A stretch of DNA of 33,749 nucleotides from a bacterium (GCA_049472335.1 JBLIRO010000054.1:1-33749); one strand, 5' to 3'; shown: positions 7,634 through 18,014, counted from the first letter of the stretch. Translations and numbers: made by a program. Notes: generated by a model from the letters alone, not told the origin.

Positions 7634-9520
7634 ATGGAAATGAAGGGCGAGTATAGATCAAGGGGATTGCTAGTATCATTAGTCCTTTTCCTTACCATGA
7701 CCTTTATGGTTTCAGCGGCAATTATCCCTTCTGCTGCCTCCCCTGAAATGGATATATCCTTTGTGCCTTCTTCAATAAAGCTTTCCTTACTAATGCCTTC
7801 TTCAAATATACCATCTATATCATATAATTCTGCTGCTTTGCTCTCTAATCCTCTCCCTTTGTCCTCTAACACTATCCCCTCAGCCTCACACCCTTTCTCT
7901 ATTCCATTATCCTCCTACCCTGATTCCTTGGTCCCTAACTCTATTCCATTGTCCTCTGACTCTATTTTTTTGCCCTCACGAAGAAGGGCATTGGGATCCC
8001 TTGGCTCCGGCATGCCTAATGAGACCTACTTATTTGAAAGGCAGTGGCCGTCAATGACGCAGCTATGGCATTTTTTTAATCCATCTGGGATAGCAATAGA
8101 TGATAAGGGATTCGTCTATGTGGCTGATACTTATAACAACCGCATACAGAAATTCACCCCTGAGGGTGGGTTTGTCACTAAATGGGGCACTTGGGGCAGC
8201 GGATATACGGCAGGCTCTGACGGGATCTTTGCAAGAAGCCAGACTATAGGATACGGGTTTGCCGTGGCGGATGACGTGCCTATCATAGGGACAATCATGC
8301 CTGAGAAGTATCTTGATGAAGACACAAATGCCCTGATCTGGGTGGATGATGTAACAAGCACAGGTATCATAGATAGTGTCTGGGGTATCATCACCCCGCC
8401 TGACTACAGGCCTGACACTACTGTCACGGACCTTCCCAGGGTAGAGCTGCTCCCTGCAGGAGGGGGAAGGTATGAGGGGGCCTATAACGGATTCTCTGAA
8501 AAGGGTCCTTACACAGTCACCGTGTATGCCATGGACCCGAACAAAAACATATCACTCCCCAAAGAGACGAAGGTCTATCAGCTAGGCAATAATGACTCAT
8601 CCGAGGAGGCAAACGTCATATCCCTGGACCAGTCCACTCCCTAGCCTCACATATTCAACAGAGCCGGTGATCAGGACTGGGTCAGGTTCTACGGCATAGA
8701 GGATGAGACATATGAAATAACTATACACCGTGAGATCGACACCAATGCCTGGATACCCCTGTTTGAGATCTATGAATCAGACGGCGTAACCCTGGTGGAC
8801 CCACCCATCAACTGGCCATGGAACAAGGTGCTTACCTGGCAATGTCCCAAGACAGGCGTTTATTTCATCAGGATATGGAACTCTGTCCCTGCCATATATG
8901 GTGAAGAAATGCGGTATGACCTCACTGTATTTCCCCCTTGTTCATCCATAGACGGCACCATAAAGGGTATCATACGGGATGCCTGTTCAGGCCTTCCTGT
9001 CAAAGGGGCCCTCATAAGCGCGAGCATTGAGGGTAGACCTGGCGGGGGATCTGACATTAGTCGTTCTGACGGAACATATGAAATTTCCCACCCAAGCGGC
9101 TATTGCAATATCCGGGTTGAAAAGGAAGGATACCATACCTATACCTTTTCAGGGCTGTATGTCAAAAAGATTGGAGAGGTGATTGGCAATAAGATTGAGT
9201 TTACTACAAAGAACGTTGATCTTGATCCATTCACCCTCTGCCTCTTGCCAGGAGTGCAAAGAATCTCTTATCCTGTACCTGTCAACAGCCTCCTAAGAGA
9301 AATCGATTCCTATGACCTGCTTCTGAGCCTAGGATCGCCTGATAAAGTTGCAAGCATTCATAGACTGGATATGGAGCCGAACAGCCCGGATCATATGGAG
9401 TCAACATTCTATCTATTCGGAAGGCCCTCAGGGGCGAGGTTCCCAATCAACGAGGCCGAGAATTACCTGATTCACATGAAAAGGGAGAGAGTAATCTATC
9501 ACAGCGATCTGCCGCAGTAA
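7634..9520 (+). pseudogene. Secreted-protein paralog, copy B: signal peptide, Ser/Pro-rich linker and one NHL repeat fused to the C-terminal half; in-frame TAG at 8642-8644
   Basis: 8201-9522 aligns with 508-1805 (net +24 bp). CAG (Gln) in copy A is TAG here, and the frame continues open to 9520. NHL repeat: FNPSGIAIDDKGFVYVADTYNNRIQKF. Confidence 0.85.
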
Positions 9521-9524
9521 TTCA

Positions 9525-10625
9525 TTACTCAGCCCTGACCAGGATGAAATCATCCGAAAGGCCCAGGCATTCCCATGTACCTGCTATTGTTCTGCCTGTA
9601 TCATCGATCTTCCCCTTGCCATTCACTATCTCTGCCGGGCCTGTAGTCATAGGCACCTCAAAGGAGTAAGAGAATCTGCCGGTGTCATGAGCATAATCCC
9701 CGCTAAATTCACGCCCTTTTTCACTATTTAATATGGTTGACCTGATGAGTAATCCATTCCTGGTTTGTTTGATATGCCACTCTTCATAATTTTTATTTTC
9801 CGGAGGGCTTCGATATATCCAGTTACCGGATATATTAGCTCCTTTCGGTTTAAAGGCATCTCTTACCTTCCATGATTTCAGGAATCCCAGATATAATCCC
9901 ATAAGGAGCAGAGCCAAGGATAAGAAAATAGCCAATGCGACTCTGAGGTTTAGAACCTTTCTCATGATTTTAGCACTGAGATTCTTTGGAATAAATTCTC
10001 CGCATACATCAAGAAGCAAAGCAGCAGGGATGATAAAGGCCGCCCTTATATTGGATATCTGCTCTGATGCTACTACCATCCCAACAACACCCTTTTTCTT
10101 TTCATCCCACACTGGTGTACCGCTGAAACCAGGTTCCAAAAAATAGCCGGTTGATTTTATGTCCTCTACCTGCACCCAACCATTGGCCAATCTATCCCTT
10201 ATTATCCCTGTAGCGAATACACCTTCGTTATGTGCGCCGGGGAAACCAAAGGCCCTGAAACGGTGCTCCCAGAGATCATTGGATTCTATTAGAATACAAG
10301 GTTTGCTGCCGGGTGGAGGATCTGACTCCAGCTCAATCAATGCTATATCACTGCCCGGCACTAATGGCTCCGATACAGGTCTCCAGACTCTTATGCTGCC
10401 TGTTGCTACTCTTTGTTCATGGTTTACTCCCTTATGGCTAAAAGGGAATTTGATGTATACCCTATCAAGGGGTGTATCGTACATGGACTTTTGGATTCCC
10501 AGGGCTTGTGCAACTACATGTGCACAGGTGAGCACATGCCGTTTAGATACAAGAAAGCCGGCGCCTACGATCTCTTCCCTTTTATTTAAGATACTTACAA
10601 TAGATGATGTAAATTCATAGCTCAT
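9525..10625 (-). CDS. Trypsin-like serine peptidase with a single TM helix and C-terminal beta-rich domain
   Basis: Triad motifs LTCAHVV, SDIALIEL and PGFSGTPV; hydrophobic segment VALAIFLSLALLLMGLYLGFL; no N-terminal signal peptide. Confidence 0.88.
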   Translation of the reverse strand: MSYEFTSSIVSILNKREEIVGAGFLVSKRHVLTCAHVVAQALGIQKSMYDTPLDRVYIKFPFSHKGVNHEQRVATGSIRVWRPVSEPLVPGSDIALIELESDPPPGSKPCILIESNDLWEHRFRAFGFPGAHNEGVFATGIIRDRLANGWVQVEDIKSTGYFLEPGFSGTPVWDEKKKGVVGMVVASEQISNIRAAFIIPAALLLDVCGEFIPKNLSAKIMRKVLNLRVALAIFLSLALLLMGLYLGFLKSWKVRDAFKPKGANISGNWIYRSPPENKNYEEWHIKQTRNGLLIRSTILNSEKGREFSGDYAHDTGRFSYSFEVPMTTGPAEIVNGKGKIDDTGRTIAGTWECLGLSDDFILVRAE

Positions 10626-10659
10626 ATTATTTGCTCATGGTTAAAAAAAGAAATATATA

Positions 10660-11817
10660 TCAATCCAGGTGCTTGTGAAACCTCAATATGCTGGATCCCA
10701 GGACTAATACTCCTAACATAAGAAGCGCACCCATCTGTGACCAGAGGGCCGCGACCCCGGTCCCCTTTAAGAATATACCTCTCAGGATCTCGATAAAATA
10801 CCGCAGAGGATTAAGGTATGTCAAATATTGAACCGGAACAGGCATGTTGCGGATGGGGAAGGCGAATCCGCTGAGCATTATTGAGGGCATCATGAAGAAA
10901 AAGGTCGACATCAATGCCTGTTGCTGGGTTTGTGAGATTGTGGAAATAAACAAACCCACACCCAGAGTGGTCATAAGGAACAAAACCGACGACCCGATAA
11001 GGGTAAAGCAGTTTCCCCTGAATGGGATGCGAAAGACCAGCATGGCCACCCCGGTTATCAGAATCACGTCAACCAGGCCCACAAGGGCAAAGGGCAGTGT
11101 CTTGCCGATTATCAATTCGATTGGCCGGATGGGTGTAACCATCAATTGCTCCATAGTGCCGATCTCTTTTTCGCGCACTATGGCCATTGCTGTGAGCATG
11201 ATGGTTACCAGGGCAATGATGTTCACTATTACGCCGGTGACAAAATAATCGCGGCTGCGAAGATCGGGATTGAACCAGACCCGGCTCTCTGTTTTAAGGG
11301 AAGGGAGTTCCCTTCTTACAGGTACTGCCATCCCGGGCATCCGGTTCATGATCCGGGTATTTTGCTGCTCAAAGGAGATGCGGTTGGCATACCTGGCAAT
11401 GGTTTGTGTGGCATAGCTTGAGATAATGGAGGCCGTATTGGAATCGGTTCCGTCGATGAGCACCTGCACCCCCGCTGTCTTACTCCTCAGGATATCCCTG
11501 GCAAAGCCCGGGAGCACCCGTATTACAGCCTTGGCCCTTCCTGTGTCGAGTGCCTCCTTAACCTCCTCATCCCGGCTCAACACCTTCACAACCCTGAAAT
11601 ATGGCGAACCCTCAAATTCCGCGTACAATTCACGGCTGGCAGGGGTATAATCACGGTCCATCCAGGCTATCCTGGCTTTTTTGACATCCATGTTGATTGC
11701 GTAGCCAAAGATAACCGTTTGAACAATAGGAGGTATGAATAATATAACCCGCATACGAGGGTCCCTTAATAGCTGGCTGAACTCCTTTTTGATTATTTCA
11801 AGGATGCGCTTCCACAT
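10660..11817 (-). CDS. ABC-2 exporter permease (YbhR-like)
   Basis: KEFSQLLRD, AIVREKEIGTMEQLMVTP, LSGFAFPI..MP; multiple TM segments. Confidence 0.92.
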   Translation of the reverse strand: MWKRILEIIKKEFSQLLRDPRMRVILFIPPIVQTVIFGYAINMDVKKARIAWMDRDYTPASRELYAEFEGSPYFRVVKVLSRDEEVKEALDTGRAKAVIRVLPGFARDILRSKTAGVQVLIDGTDSNTASIISSYATQTIARYANRISFEQQNTRIMNRMPGMAVPVRRELPSLKTESRVWFNPDLRSRDYFVTGVIVNIIALVTIMLTAMAIVREKEIGTMEQLMVTPIRPIELIIGKTLPFALVGLVDVILITGVAMLVFRIPFRGNCFTLIGSSVLFLMTTLGVGLFISTISQTQQQALMSTFFFMMPSIMLSGFAFPIRNMPVPVQYLTYLNPLRYFIEILRGIFLKGTGVAALWSQMGALLMLGVLVLGSSILRFHKHLD

Positions 11818-11822
11818 TTATG

Positions 11823-12956
11823 CTACACCAGCTTATGCTTGATCTTATGGGTTGCTATCCAGAAAACGACCCAGGCATACGCGAGCAACAATCCCAATTC
11901 CACACAAAGAACCTTAATACCTACGCCTTTTAAAAAGATGCCCTTGAGCATGGTTATGAAATACCGGGCAGGCACCAGATAGGTAACGATCTGTATTACT
12001 GGCGGCATATTCTCGATGGCGAATATGAAACCTGAGAGTAAGAAAGCGGGAAGGAAGGAGGTTATTATTCCCAATTGATAGGCCATTAATTGCTGTCTGG
12101 CCAGCGCAGAGATCATAATACCGGTACAGAGGGAGCCAAACAGGAAGATACAACTGGTTAATAATACGAGGATTGCGCTCCCCCGAAGCGGGACCTGAAA
12201 GATGAACACCCCCGCTCCTATGGCAATCAGAGTATCCGCCATACCCACCGTGAAAAAGGCTGCCATCTTCCCTAAAACCATCTCTGTGGATCTAAGGGGT
12301 GTGGATAATAATTGCTCCATTGTGCCCATCTCCCATTCGCGGGCAATGGTCAAAGAGGTAAGCAGAGCAGATATGATCATCAGTATCACGGCGATCAATC
12401 CGGGAACGATATAGTTCTTGGACTTCATCTCGCTATTGTACCAAACCCTCAACCTGGCCTCGACCGGGACAGGTATCTCTCCCCCTCCCTTGCGCTCGGA
12501 TGCCCCGGATCTTAGCTCGAATGAATATGCGTTTAGCATGGCATCCGCATAACCCAGTGCGATAGAAGCCGTATTCGAGTCGCTCCCGTCCAGCAGTAGC
12601 TGCACCTGCGCCTTTTTTCCCGACAAAAGGTCCCTGGCATAGTTTCTCGGGATTACCACAGAAAGAAGGCATTCATCCCTGTCGATCCGGTCCTCGATTG
12701 TCTCGTATCTGTCAACAATGCCCAGGATACTGAAATAGCGTGAGCCTGCAAACCTTTCTATCAGCTCACGGCTTTGCGGGCTTTTATCCAGGTCATAGAT
12801 CAGGGTTGGAATCCTGTCCACATCCAGCGTGAGCGCATAGCTAAACAGAAGGAGCAATAGCAACGGCAATGCCAAGGCCATAATAAGGCTTCTGGGATCG
12901 CGTATAATATGTATAAACTCCTTCCTGGCCACTGTCTTTGTCCGGCGCAGATTCAT
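11823..12956 (-). CDS. ABC-2 exporter permease (YbhS-like)
   Basis: KEFIHIIRDPRS, AREWEMGTMEQLLSTP, LLSGFIFAIENMP. Confidence 0.92.
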   Translation of the reverse strand: MNLRRTKTVARKEFIHIIRDPRSLIMALALPLLLLLLFSYALTLDVDRIPTLIYDLDKSPQSRELIERFAGSRYFSILGIVDRYETIEDRIDRDECLLSVVIPRNYARDLLSGKKAQVQLLLDGSDSNTASIALGYADAMLNAYSFELRSGASERKGGGEIPVPVEARLRVWYNSEMKSKNYIVPGLIAVILMIISALLTSLTIAREWEMGTMEQLLSTPLRSTEMVLGKMAAFFTVGMADTLIAIGAGVFIFQVPLRGSAILVLLTSCIFLFGSLCTGIMISALARQQLMAYQLGIITSFLPAFLLSGFIFAIENMPPVIQIVTYLVPARYFITMLKGIFLKGVGIKVLCVELGLLLAYAWVVFWIATHKIKHKLV

Positions 12957-13909
12957 GTCGCTTTCAGTTCCTCCTCTTCAATCATTGCAACGAACACATC
13001 CTCCATTACAGGCTGAATGGCTTCCAGACGTCTGACCTCAATCCCTTTGTCTTCCAGGATCCGTCGGATCTTTGGGATCGCCTTCACTGAATCCTTCACC
13101 CTGATATGCAGTCCCGCACCGAACACTGCCACATCCAGGATACCCTCTCCCCCTTCGATCGCCCTCATGCTCTCTAATGGCGCTGATGATTCAAGGTTCA
13201 ACAGGGACTGGGAGCGTAAGGTTTTCTTCAATGACGCCGGAGTCCCAAGGGCAATAATCTTTCCGCCGTACATAAGGGCCACGCGATGACAGTATTCTGC
13301 TTCATCCATATAGTGGGTTGTCACAAAAATGGTATGGCCTGTTTCCGAGAGCTGGTATATAAGGTCCCAGAACCCCCTGCGCGCGATGGGATCCACACCG
13401 GATGTGGGCTCATCCAGAAACAGGATCGGGGGCTGATGTAAAATAGCGCAGCCGAGGGCCAGCCTCTGTTTCCACCCTCCGGGCAGAAGCCGGGTCATGG
13501 TGTTCCTTCGTGCCTCCAGACCTGCCATTTTGAGGACATATTCCCTTCTTTCCTTTCTGATCCCTTCCGGCACGCCGTAAATCCCGCTGAAAAACCGGAT
13601 GTTTTCTTCCACTGTGAGGTCATCATAAAGGGAGAATCTCTGTGACATATAACCTATGTTTCTTTTTACGGCCTCGGCCTCGGCCTCCACATCCAGGCCG
13701 CTTACGAAGGCCCGCCCCTCTGAGGGTATTAGCAGACCGCAGAGTATGCGAATAGTGGTTGATTTACCTGCGCCGTTCGGGCCAAGGAATCCAAAGATCT
13801 CGCCTTTGGACACGGTGAAGGAGATGTGATCAACCGCCACAAAATCACCAAACCTTTTGACCAGGTCTACTACTTCGACTGCACCCGTATTTAGGTCATT
13901 GCCTGCCAT
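12953..13909 (-). CDS. ABC transporter ATP-binding protein (YbhF C-half-like)
   Basis: GPNGAGKST, LPGGWKQR (variant signature), LFLDEPT, TTHY. Confidence 0.95.
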   Translation of the reverse strand: MAGNDLNTGAVEVVDLVKRFGDFVAVDHISFTVSKGEIFGFLGPNGAGKSTTIRILCGLLIPSEGRAFVSGLDVEAEAEAVKRNIGYMSQRFSLYDDLTVEENIRFFSGIYGVPEGIRKERREYVLKMAGLEARRNTMTRLLPGGWKQRLALGCAILHQPPILFLDEPTSGVDPIARRGFWDLIYQLSETGHTIFVTTHYMDEAEYCHRVALMYGGKIIALGTPASLKKTLRSQSLLNLESSAPLESMRAIEGGEGILDVAVFGAGLHIRVKDSVKAIPKIRRILEDKGIEVRRLEAIQPVMEDVFVAMIEEEELKAT

Positions 13910-13915
13910 TAGTCA

Positions 13916-14881
13916 TCACCCGCCATTATTAGAAGCCTTCTGAATCAATGCTATAAAAACATCCTCCAGGGATGGCGCGATGGATTTGAATATCACCTGT
14001 TTCACCCCGTTTTCATCCAAAGTCTTTTGCAGTGTTTCCGGTGAAGTTTGCGCCGGCGAAAGAAAGAGATGTACAACCGAGCCATAAGGCTCAACACTCA
14101 GCACCCCATCACACTTATGCAAAATCTCCCTTGCTGCCCGCTGATCCCGGCACTGCAGCTCATAACAAACCTCTTGCAGGCTGTTCTTGATGGCTTCAGG
14201 GGAGTCGTATCGTATGAGACGTCCCCGGTGCATCATGCCCACACGGTTACACCTTTCAGCCTCATCCATATAAGCAGTGGTTACGAAAACCGTTATCCCC
14301 TCCTTGACAAGTTGATAGAGAATAGACCAGAAATCCCTCCGGGATACAGGATCAACACCATTTGTGGGCTCATCCAAAAAGAGTATATGGGGACGATGGA
14401 GCAGGGTGCACATGAGGGCCAGTTTTTGTTTCATGCCGCCTGAGAGCTTACCGGCCTGTCTCTTCATAAAAGGCTCCATACGTGTCATTTTTAGAAGGTT
14501 TACCATCAAGTCCCCGCGTTCCTTACACGGTATACCGAAAAGGTCCGCGTAGAATACGATATTCTCCTCAACCGTGAGATCACCGTACAAACCGAAACGC
14601 TGGGCCATATATCCGATACGGTCCTTCACGGATTCAACATCCTTTGACACATTGTAGCCTGCGACCTCGGCATATCCCTCAGTGGGATCGATCAGACCGC
14701 AGAGCAATCTTAAGGTGGTTGTCTTGCCTGCCCCGTCAGGACCCACCAGACCAAAGATTTCACCTTGGTAGATATCCATGGTAAGGTGATCAACAGCGGT
14801 GAGATTTGCAAACCGCCTTGTAAGATCCCTTGTCCTGATAATAACGGAATCATCCGCATTTATTGAAACATCCACATCCAT
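13916..14881 (-). CDS. ABC transporter ATP-binding protein (YbhF N-half-like)
   Basis: GPDGAGKTT, LSGGMKQK, LFLDEPT; H-loop reads TTAY. Confidence 0.95.
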   Translation of the reverse strand: MDVDVSINADDSVIIRTRDLTRRFANLTAVDHLTMDIYQGEIFGLVGPDGAGKTTTLRLLCGLIDPTEGYAEVAGYNVSKDVESVKDRIGYMAQRFGLYGDLTVEENIVFYADLFGIPCKERGDLMVNLLKMTRMEPFMKRQAGKLSGGMKQKLALMCTLLHRPHILFLDEPTNGVDPVSRRDFWSILYQLVKEGITVFVTTAYMDEAERCNRVGMMHRGRLIRYDSPEAIKNSLQEVCYELQCRDQRAAREILHKCDGVLSVEPYGSVVHLFLSPAQTSPETLQKTLDENGVKQVIFKSIAPSLEDVFIALIQKASNNGG

Positions 14882-14921
14882 TAAAAACTCTCTGAATGAT
14901 TATAAATACTGTCTTGAGTAA

Positions 14922-16097
14922 TTACAGAAGGATCTCGGCCTCAACCGGCATATTCAGCTTCAATTCCTCTTCAGGATTTTCAATTTCAACCTTGATTCTA
15001 TAGACAAGTTTTACCCTTTCTTCATCCGTCTGTATCTGCTTGGGTGTAAACTCGGCCTCTGAAGAGATAAAGGAGAGTCGGCCCCAAAAGACCTTTCCGG
15101 AATCGGTCGTCACCCTGGCCTTAGCCCCTAACTTTACCCTGTCCAGGTCCTTCTCGTTTATGTATCCCCTGATCCATGGATGCAATATATCACCAATGGT
15201 AACGACCGTAGTCCCGGCTGCCAATACTTCCCCCACTTCGGCTGCCTTTACCAGTACAATACCATCTATAGGTGAAAGGGCCACGGTCTCCTTTAGTTGA
15301 GTCTCTATAATAGCCAATTCGGATCGGGAGCGCTCAATATTGGCCAGGGCCATCTCCAATTCCTGCTCCTTTCTCTTTATTTCCAGCCTCTGTGCTTTGG
15401 CCAACCGTAAACCTGCCTCTGCCTGCTTGACCTGTGAACGTGCCATCTCGATGTCTTCTTTCCTCGGCCCTTCAATCACGAGAGCCAGATGTTCCTCGGC
15501 CTGTTTTAGAGATGCACGGGTGCTTTCATGAGTTGTCTTATATTGTTCGAACAGGGAAGTGGAAATGTCTCCCTTCTCATAAAGCACATTGGCCCTCTCC
15601 CAGTCGTTTTTCGCTCGGGCGTATTCCGCCCGGGCACGATCCGCCATTGCACGGGCCTGCTCTATCTCCTGGTCCCTGGAGCCTGACAAAAGCTCCTTCA
15701 AACGCGCTTCTGCCTGGCTCAATTCCGCCTGACGCAGATCGATCTGTCCCTGGAGGGTTTCCTGCTGAAACTGGATCGCGGTCTTCAATTGAGCAGCCTG
15801 GGCTTCTGTTGCAGACAAATTTGCACGCGCACGGTCCCGCTGGTGTAACAATTCCTCCTGATCCAGAGATGCAATCAACATCCCCTTGCTAACCCGGTCT
15901 CCTTCATTAACAGTAAGCTCTTTCAATCTTCCCGGGACCTCAAACGCTATATTCACCTCCAAGGCCTCCACATTAGCTGATATGGATATCTTATGATTAT
16001 TATTCCTGTTTGTTATCTTCCCGCACACAAACAATATGATGCCAATAATAAGTATGAGGGCTATGGGGATTACTTTCTTATGGATTTTCATGGACAT
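14922..16097 (-). CDS. HlyD-family membrane fusion protein (YbhG-like)
   Basis: N-terminal TM, lipoyl-like halves (V.EGDRV.KG; SPIDG.V), long coiled coil, AEFTPKQIQT..ER..LVYRIK. Confidence 0.93.
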   Translation of the reverse strand: MSMKIHKKVIPIALILIIGIILFVCGKITNRNNNHKISISANVEALEVNIAFEVPGRLKELTVNEGDRVSKGMLIASLDQEELLHQRDRARANLSATEAQAAQLKTAIQFQQETLQGQIDLRQAELSQAEARLKELLSGSRDQEIEQARAMADRARAEYARAKNDWERANVLYEKGDISTSLFEQYKTTHESTRASLKQAEEHLALVIEGPRKEDIEMARSQVKQAEAGLRLAKAQRLEIKRKEQELEMALANIERSRSELAIIETQLKETVALSPIDGIVLVKAAEVGEVLAAGTTVVTIGDILHPWIRGYINEKDLDRVKLGAKARVTTDSGKVFWGRLSFISSEAEFTPKQIQTDEERVKLVYRIKVEIENPEEELKLNMPVEAEILL

Positions 16098-16225
16098 CCT
16101 TCCTTCTCAGATCCAACCTTAAAAAAACTCAACCTAAAACAGCAGAAAACCAATATCTTTGATTCTACTTATTTCACACATAAGATATGACATAATTATA
16201 ATATTGTAATCGAAATGCATCCTGA

Positions 16226-16483
16226 TTGCGAGAGAAAAAAAATTATAAAGCTATATTATCTGCTTGGACCCTCTATCTTAAGAAGAAAGTATTTAATTGC
16301 CCTGCCTGTAAAAAAACAATCCATCCCATTTGTCCTAGCTGCAAGAATAAATTATCATTTAGACAGAGGATGTTAACGGATTTTGTAATTGGTGGTTTTG
16401 CTCAAGAAAATAGCAATGGTATTATAACCCTTGATCCCGCTTATTATAGAAATTATTTCCCCCAATTAATTATATTTAATTAA
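16226..16483 (+). CDS. Possible small zinc-ribbon protein or gene remnant
   Basis: CPAC-x7-CPSC; fills an intergenic gap, but TTG start with no clear RBS. Confidence 0.35.
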   Translation: MREKKNYKAILSAWTLYLKKKVFNCPACKKTIHPICPSCKNKLSFRQRMLTDFVIGGFAQENSNGIITLDPAYYRNYFPQLIIFN

Positions 16484-17036
16484 TGACGCGGGATCTCTTT
16501 CCTGACACGTCTATTTTTATGATTGTTTTAGGAAGATAGCCGGTTTTTTCTTTTATTAAATCAACACCATGATAGTTCACCTTTTCCCCTACACTTACAA
16601 TATCCGCGATCTTAGCCCCTGTTTTTTCCAATGCCCGAATCAGGCCTATCATAGTGCCGCCTGTAGAAATCATATCATCGACTACAAGCACACGATCCCC
16701 AGCCTCGATACCGTTCAGATAGAGATACCCATCAACATATTCACTTGTAAACGGCATTTTAATCTGTCCGGAAAGCCCGGACGGATACCAGCGCACCATG
16801 CCAAAGGGCTTATTAGCTGCAAGGGCAACCCCGGCAACAATGATTCCTCCCTTGTCTTCTTCTCCGACAACCTTGTTAAAATCCTTATTGGCTACTTTCA
16901 GGATTTCTTCACATGCACAATGAAGCAGATCGGGGGAGGTGGCGGGAATTTGCTCGGTGAGAGGATTGACAATAAAAATATGGTTGTTAACAGTAACCAG
17001 TTCTTTGTTCTGAAAACAGTCAATAAGCAGTTTCAT
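16476..17036 (-). CDS. Type I purine phosphoribosyltransferase (APRT / archaeal Hpt-like)
   Basis: PRPP-binding motif VLVVDDMISTGGT; NPLTEQIP N-terminal motif; ATG at 17036 follows a G-rich RBS. Confidence 0.88.
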   Translation of the reverse strand: MKLLIDCFQNKELVTVNNHIFIVNPLTEQIPATSPDLLHCACEEILKVANKDFNKVVGEEDKGGIIVAGVALAANKPFGMVRWYPSGLSGQIKMPFTSEYVDGYLYLNGIEAGDRVLVVDDMISTGGTMIGLIRALEKTGAKIADIVSVGEKVNYHGVDLIKEKTGYLPKTIIKIDVSGKRSRVIN

Positions 17037-17350
17037 TTTCTGCCCCCCCCTATATTCAAAGATCAAGATTTAAAAACATCAACCTCTGTTTCATTTTAAA
17101 AAAGGATTGGTGTGATTTAATCCAGAAGCCCGAAAAACCCTCCCAAATTCGCCTTTTCCCCGAAAGCCTTTCTAGTAAACCTCCTTTTTCTTTTTATAAC
17201 GTTTTTATAACTTTCCGGATTATACACCATTTTACTTGTCATATAAATATCGATGCCAATGGTAAGAGAGGCAAAGAGAACCTCCTATTAATCCCATGGG
17301 GAAATGTTTTTTTGATTGAAGAAAATAGACGTCGATTTTTAAATTTGCCT

Positions 17351-17380
17351 AAAATAAGAGGGCAGAGGATTCTGCCCCCT
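17351..17380 (-). terminator. Intrinsic terminator downstream of 17428..17757
   Basis: Minus strand agggggcaga-atcc-tctgccctct followed by tatttt. Confidence 0.7.
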
Positions 17381-17427
17381 CGCTAAACCCAAATTCTACT
17401 ATATTGGGCAACTTAGCGCCTATTGAA

Positions 17428-17757
17428 TTAGATAGGCAGCAGGCCCCAGATATCCGCCGCGGTCGAAAAATCTATAAAGAGCGTTTCGGATATATTATAT
17501 CTCTGGGCAAAGGTTATAATAGACAATGGGTTCCAGGCCAGACCCGGCTGTACAGGAAGTATCGTACTACCAGTCAGTTCAGTTGTCAGAGGGATTGATA
17601 AACCAGTTATCGGATCTGGTGGTGACAGTACAGGTGACCAAAGAGGCCAAAGTAGATTATACGGTGGAAGAGCCACCCAATACTGGGCGTAAGAAAATGA
17701 ATAAGCTAAAAAAACAAACGTTAAACATACTATTATTATAAAAGCCCTGTTTTTCAT
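17428..17757 (-). CDS. Small secreted Pro/Trp-rich protein of unknown function
   Basis: AGGAG RBS, signal peptide ending SYA, mature QYWVALPPYNLLWPLWSP...; own terminator. Confidence 0.75.
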   Translation of the reverse strand: MKNRAFIIIVCLTFVFLAYSFSYAQYWVALPPYNLLWPLWSPVLSPPDPITGLSIPLTTELTGSTILPVQPGLAWNPLSIITFAQRYNISETLFIDFSTAADIWGLLPI

Positions 17758-18014
17758 TTTTTTCTCCTTTCTTTGAACATTTACACAGGCAATTTTGAAT
17801 AATTCAGGGAAGCATCCTTTTTCCTTTGGTATAATAGACGCAAAAAATTTATTTTTTTCCTTAAAATCTTTGGGGAGATTTTTTGACTAAAAAGATGAGT
17901 TTATTAAAATGATGACAAAAATGATGACATTATTTGAATTTTGCCGACGACTGAATTATTCTTATGGAATTATAAGGTCCATAAGACGTTAACCATATTC
18001 AGGGGGAAGCAAAA

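Noticed and set aside
7516..7872. 118-aa minus-strand ORF
   Set aside because: Antisense to the signal peptide and Ser/Pro-rich linker of copy B; no recognisable motif.
8795..9520. Independent 241-aa gene
   Set aside because: It is the in-frame continuation of 7634..8644 past the TAG; the GTG start corresponds to an internal Val of copy A.
1767..9522. Repeats as a CRISPR array or integron attC sites
   Set aside because: They are coding-derived, kilobases apart, lack attC-like palindromic structure, and no cas or intI gene is in the window.
12953..14881. Variant ABC motifs (LPGGW signature, TTAY H-loop) as novelty
   Set aside because: Such asymmetry is typical of YbhF-type paired ATPase domains.
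17100..17200. Purine riboswitch upstream of the PRTase (also checked upstream of the permease)
   Set aside because: I could not find the conserved purine-riboswitch core; an Infernal/Rfam scan would be needed to exclude other RNAs.
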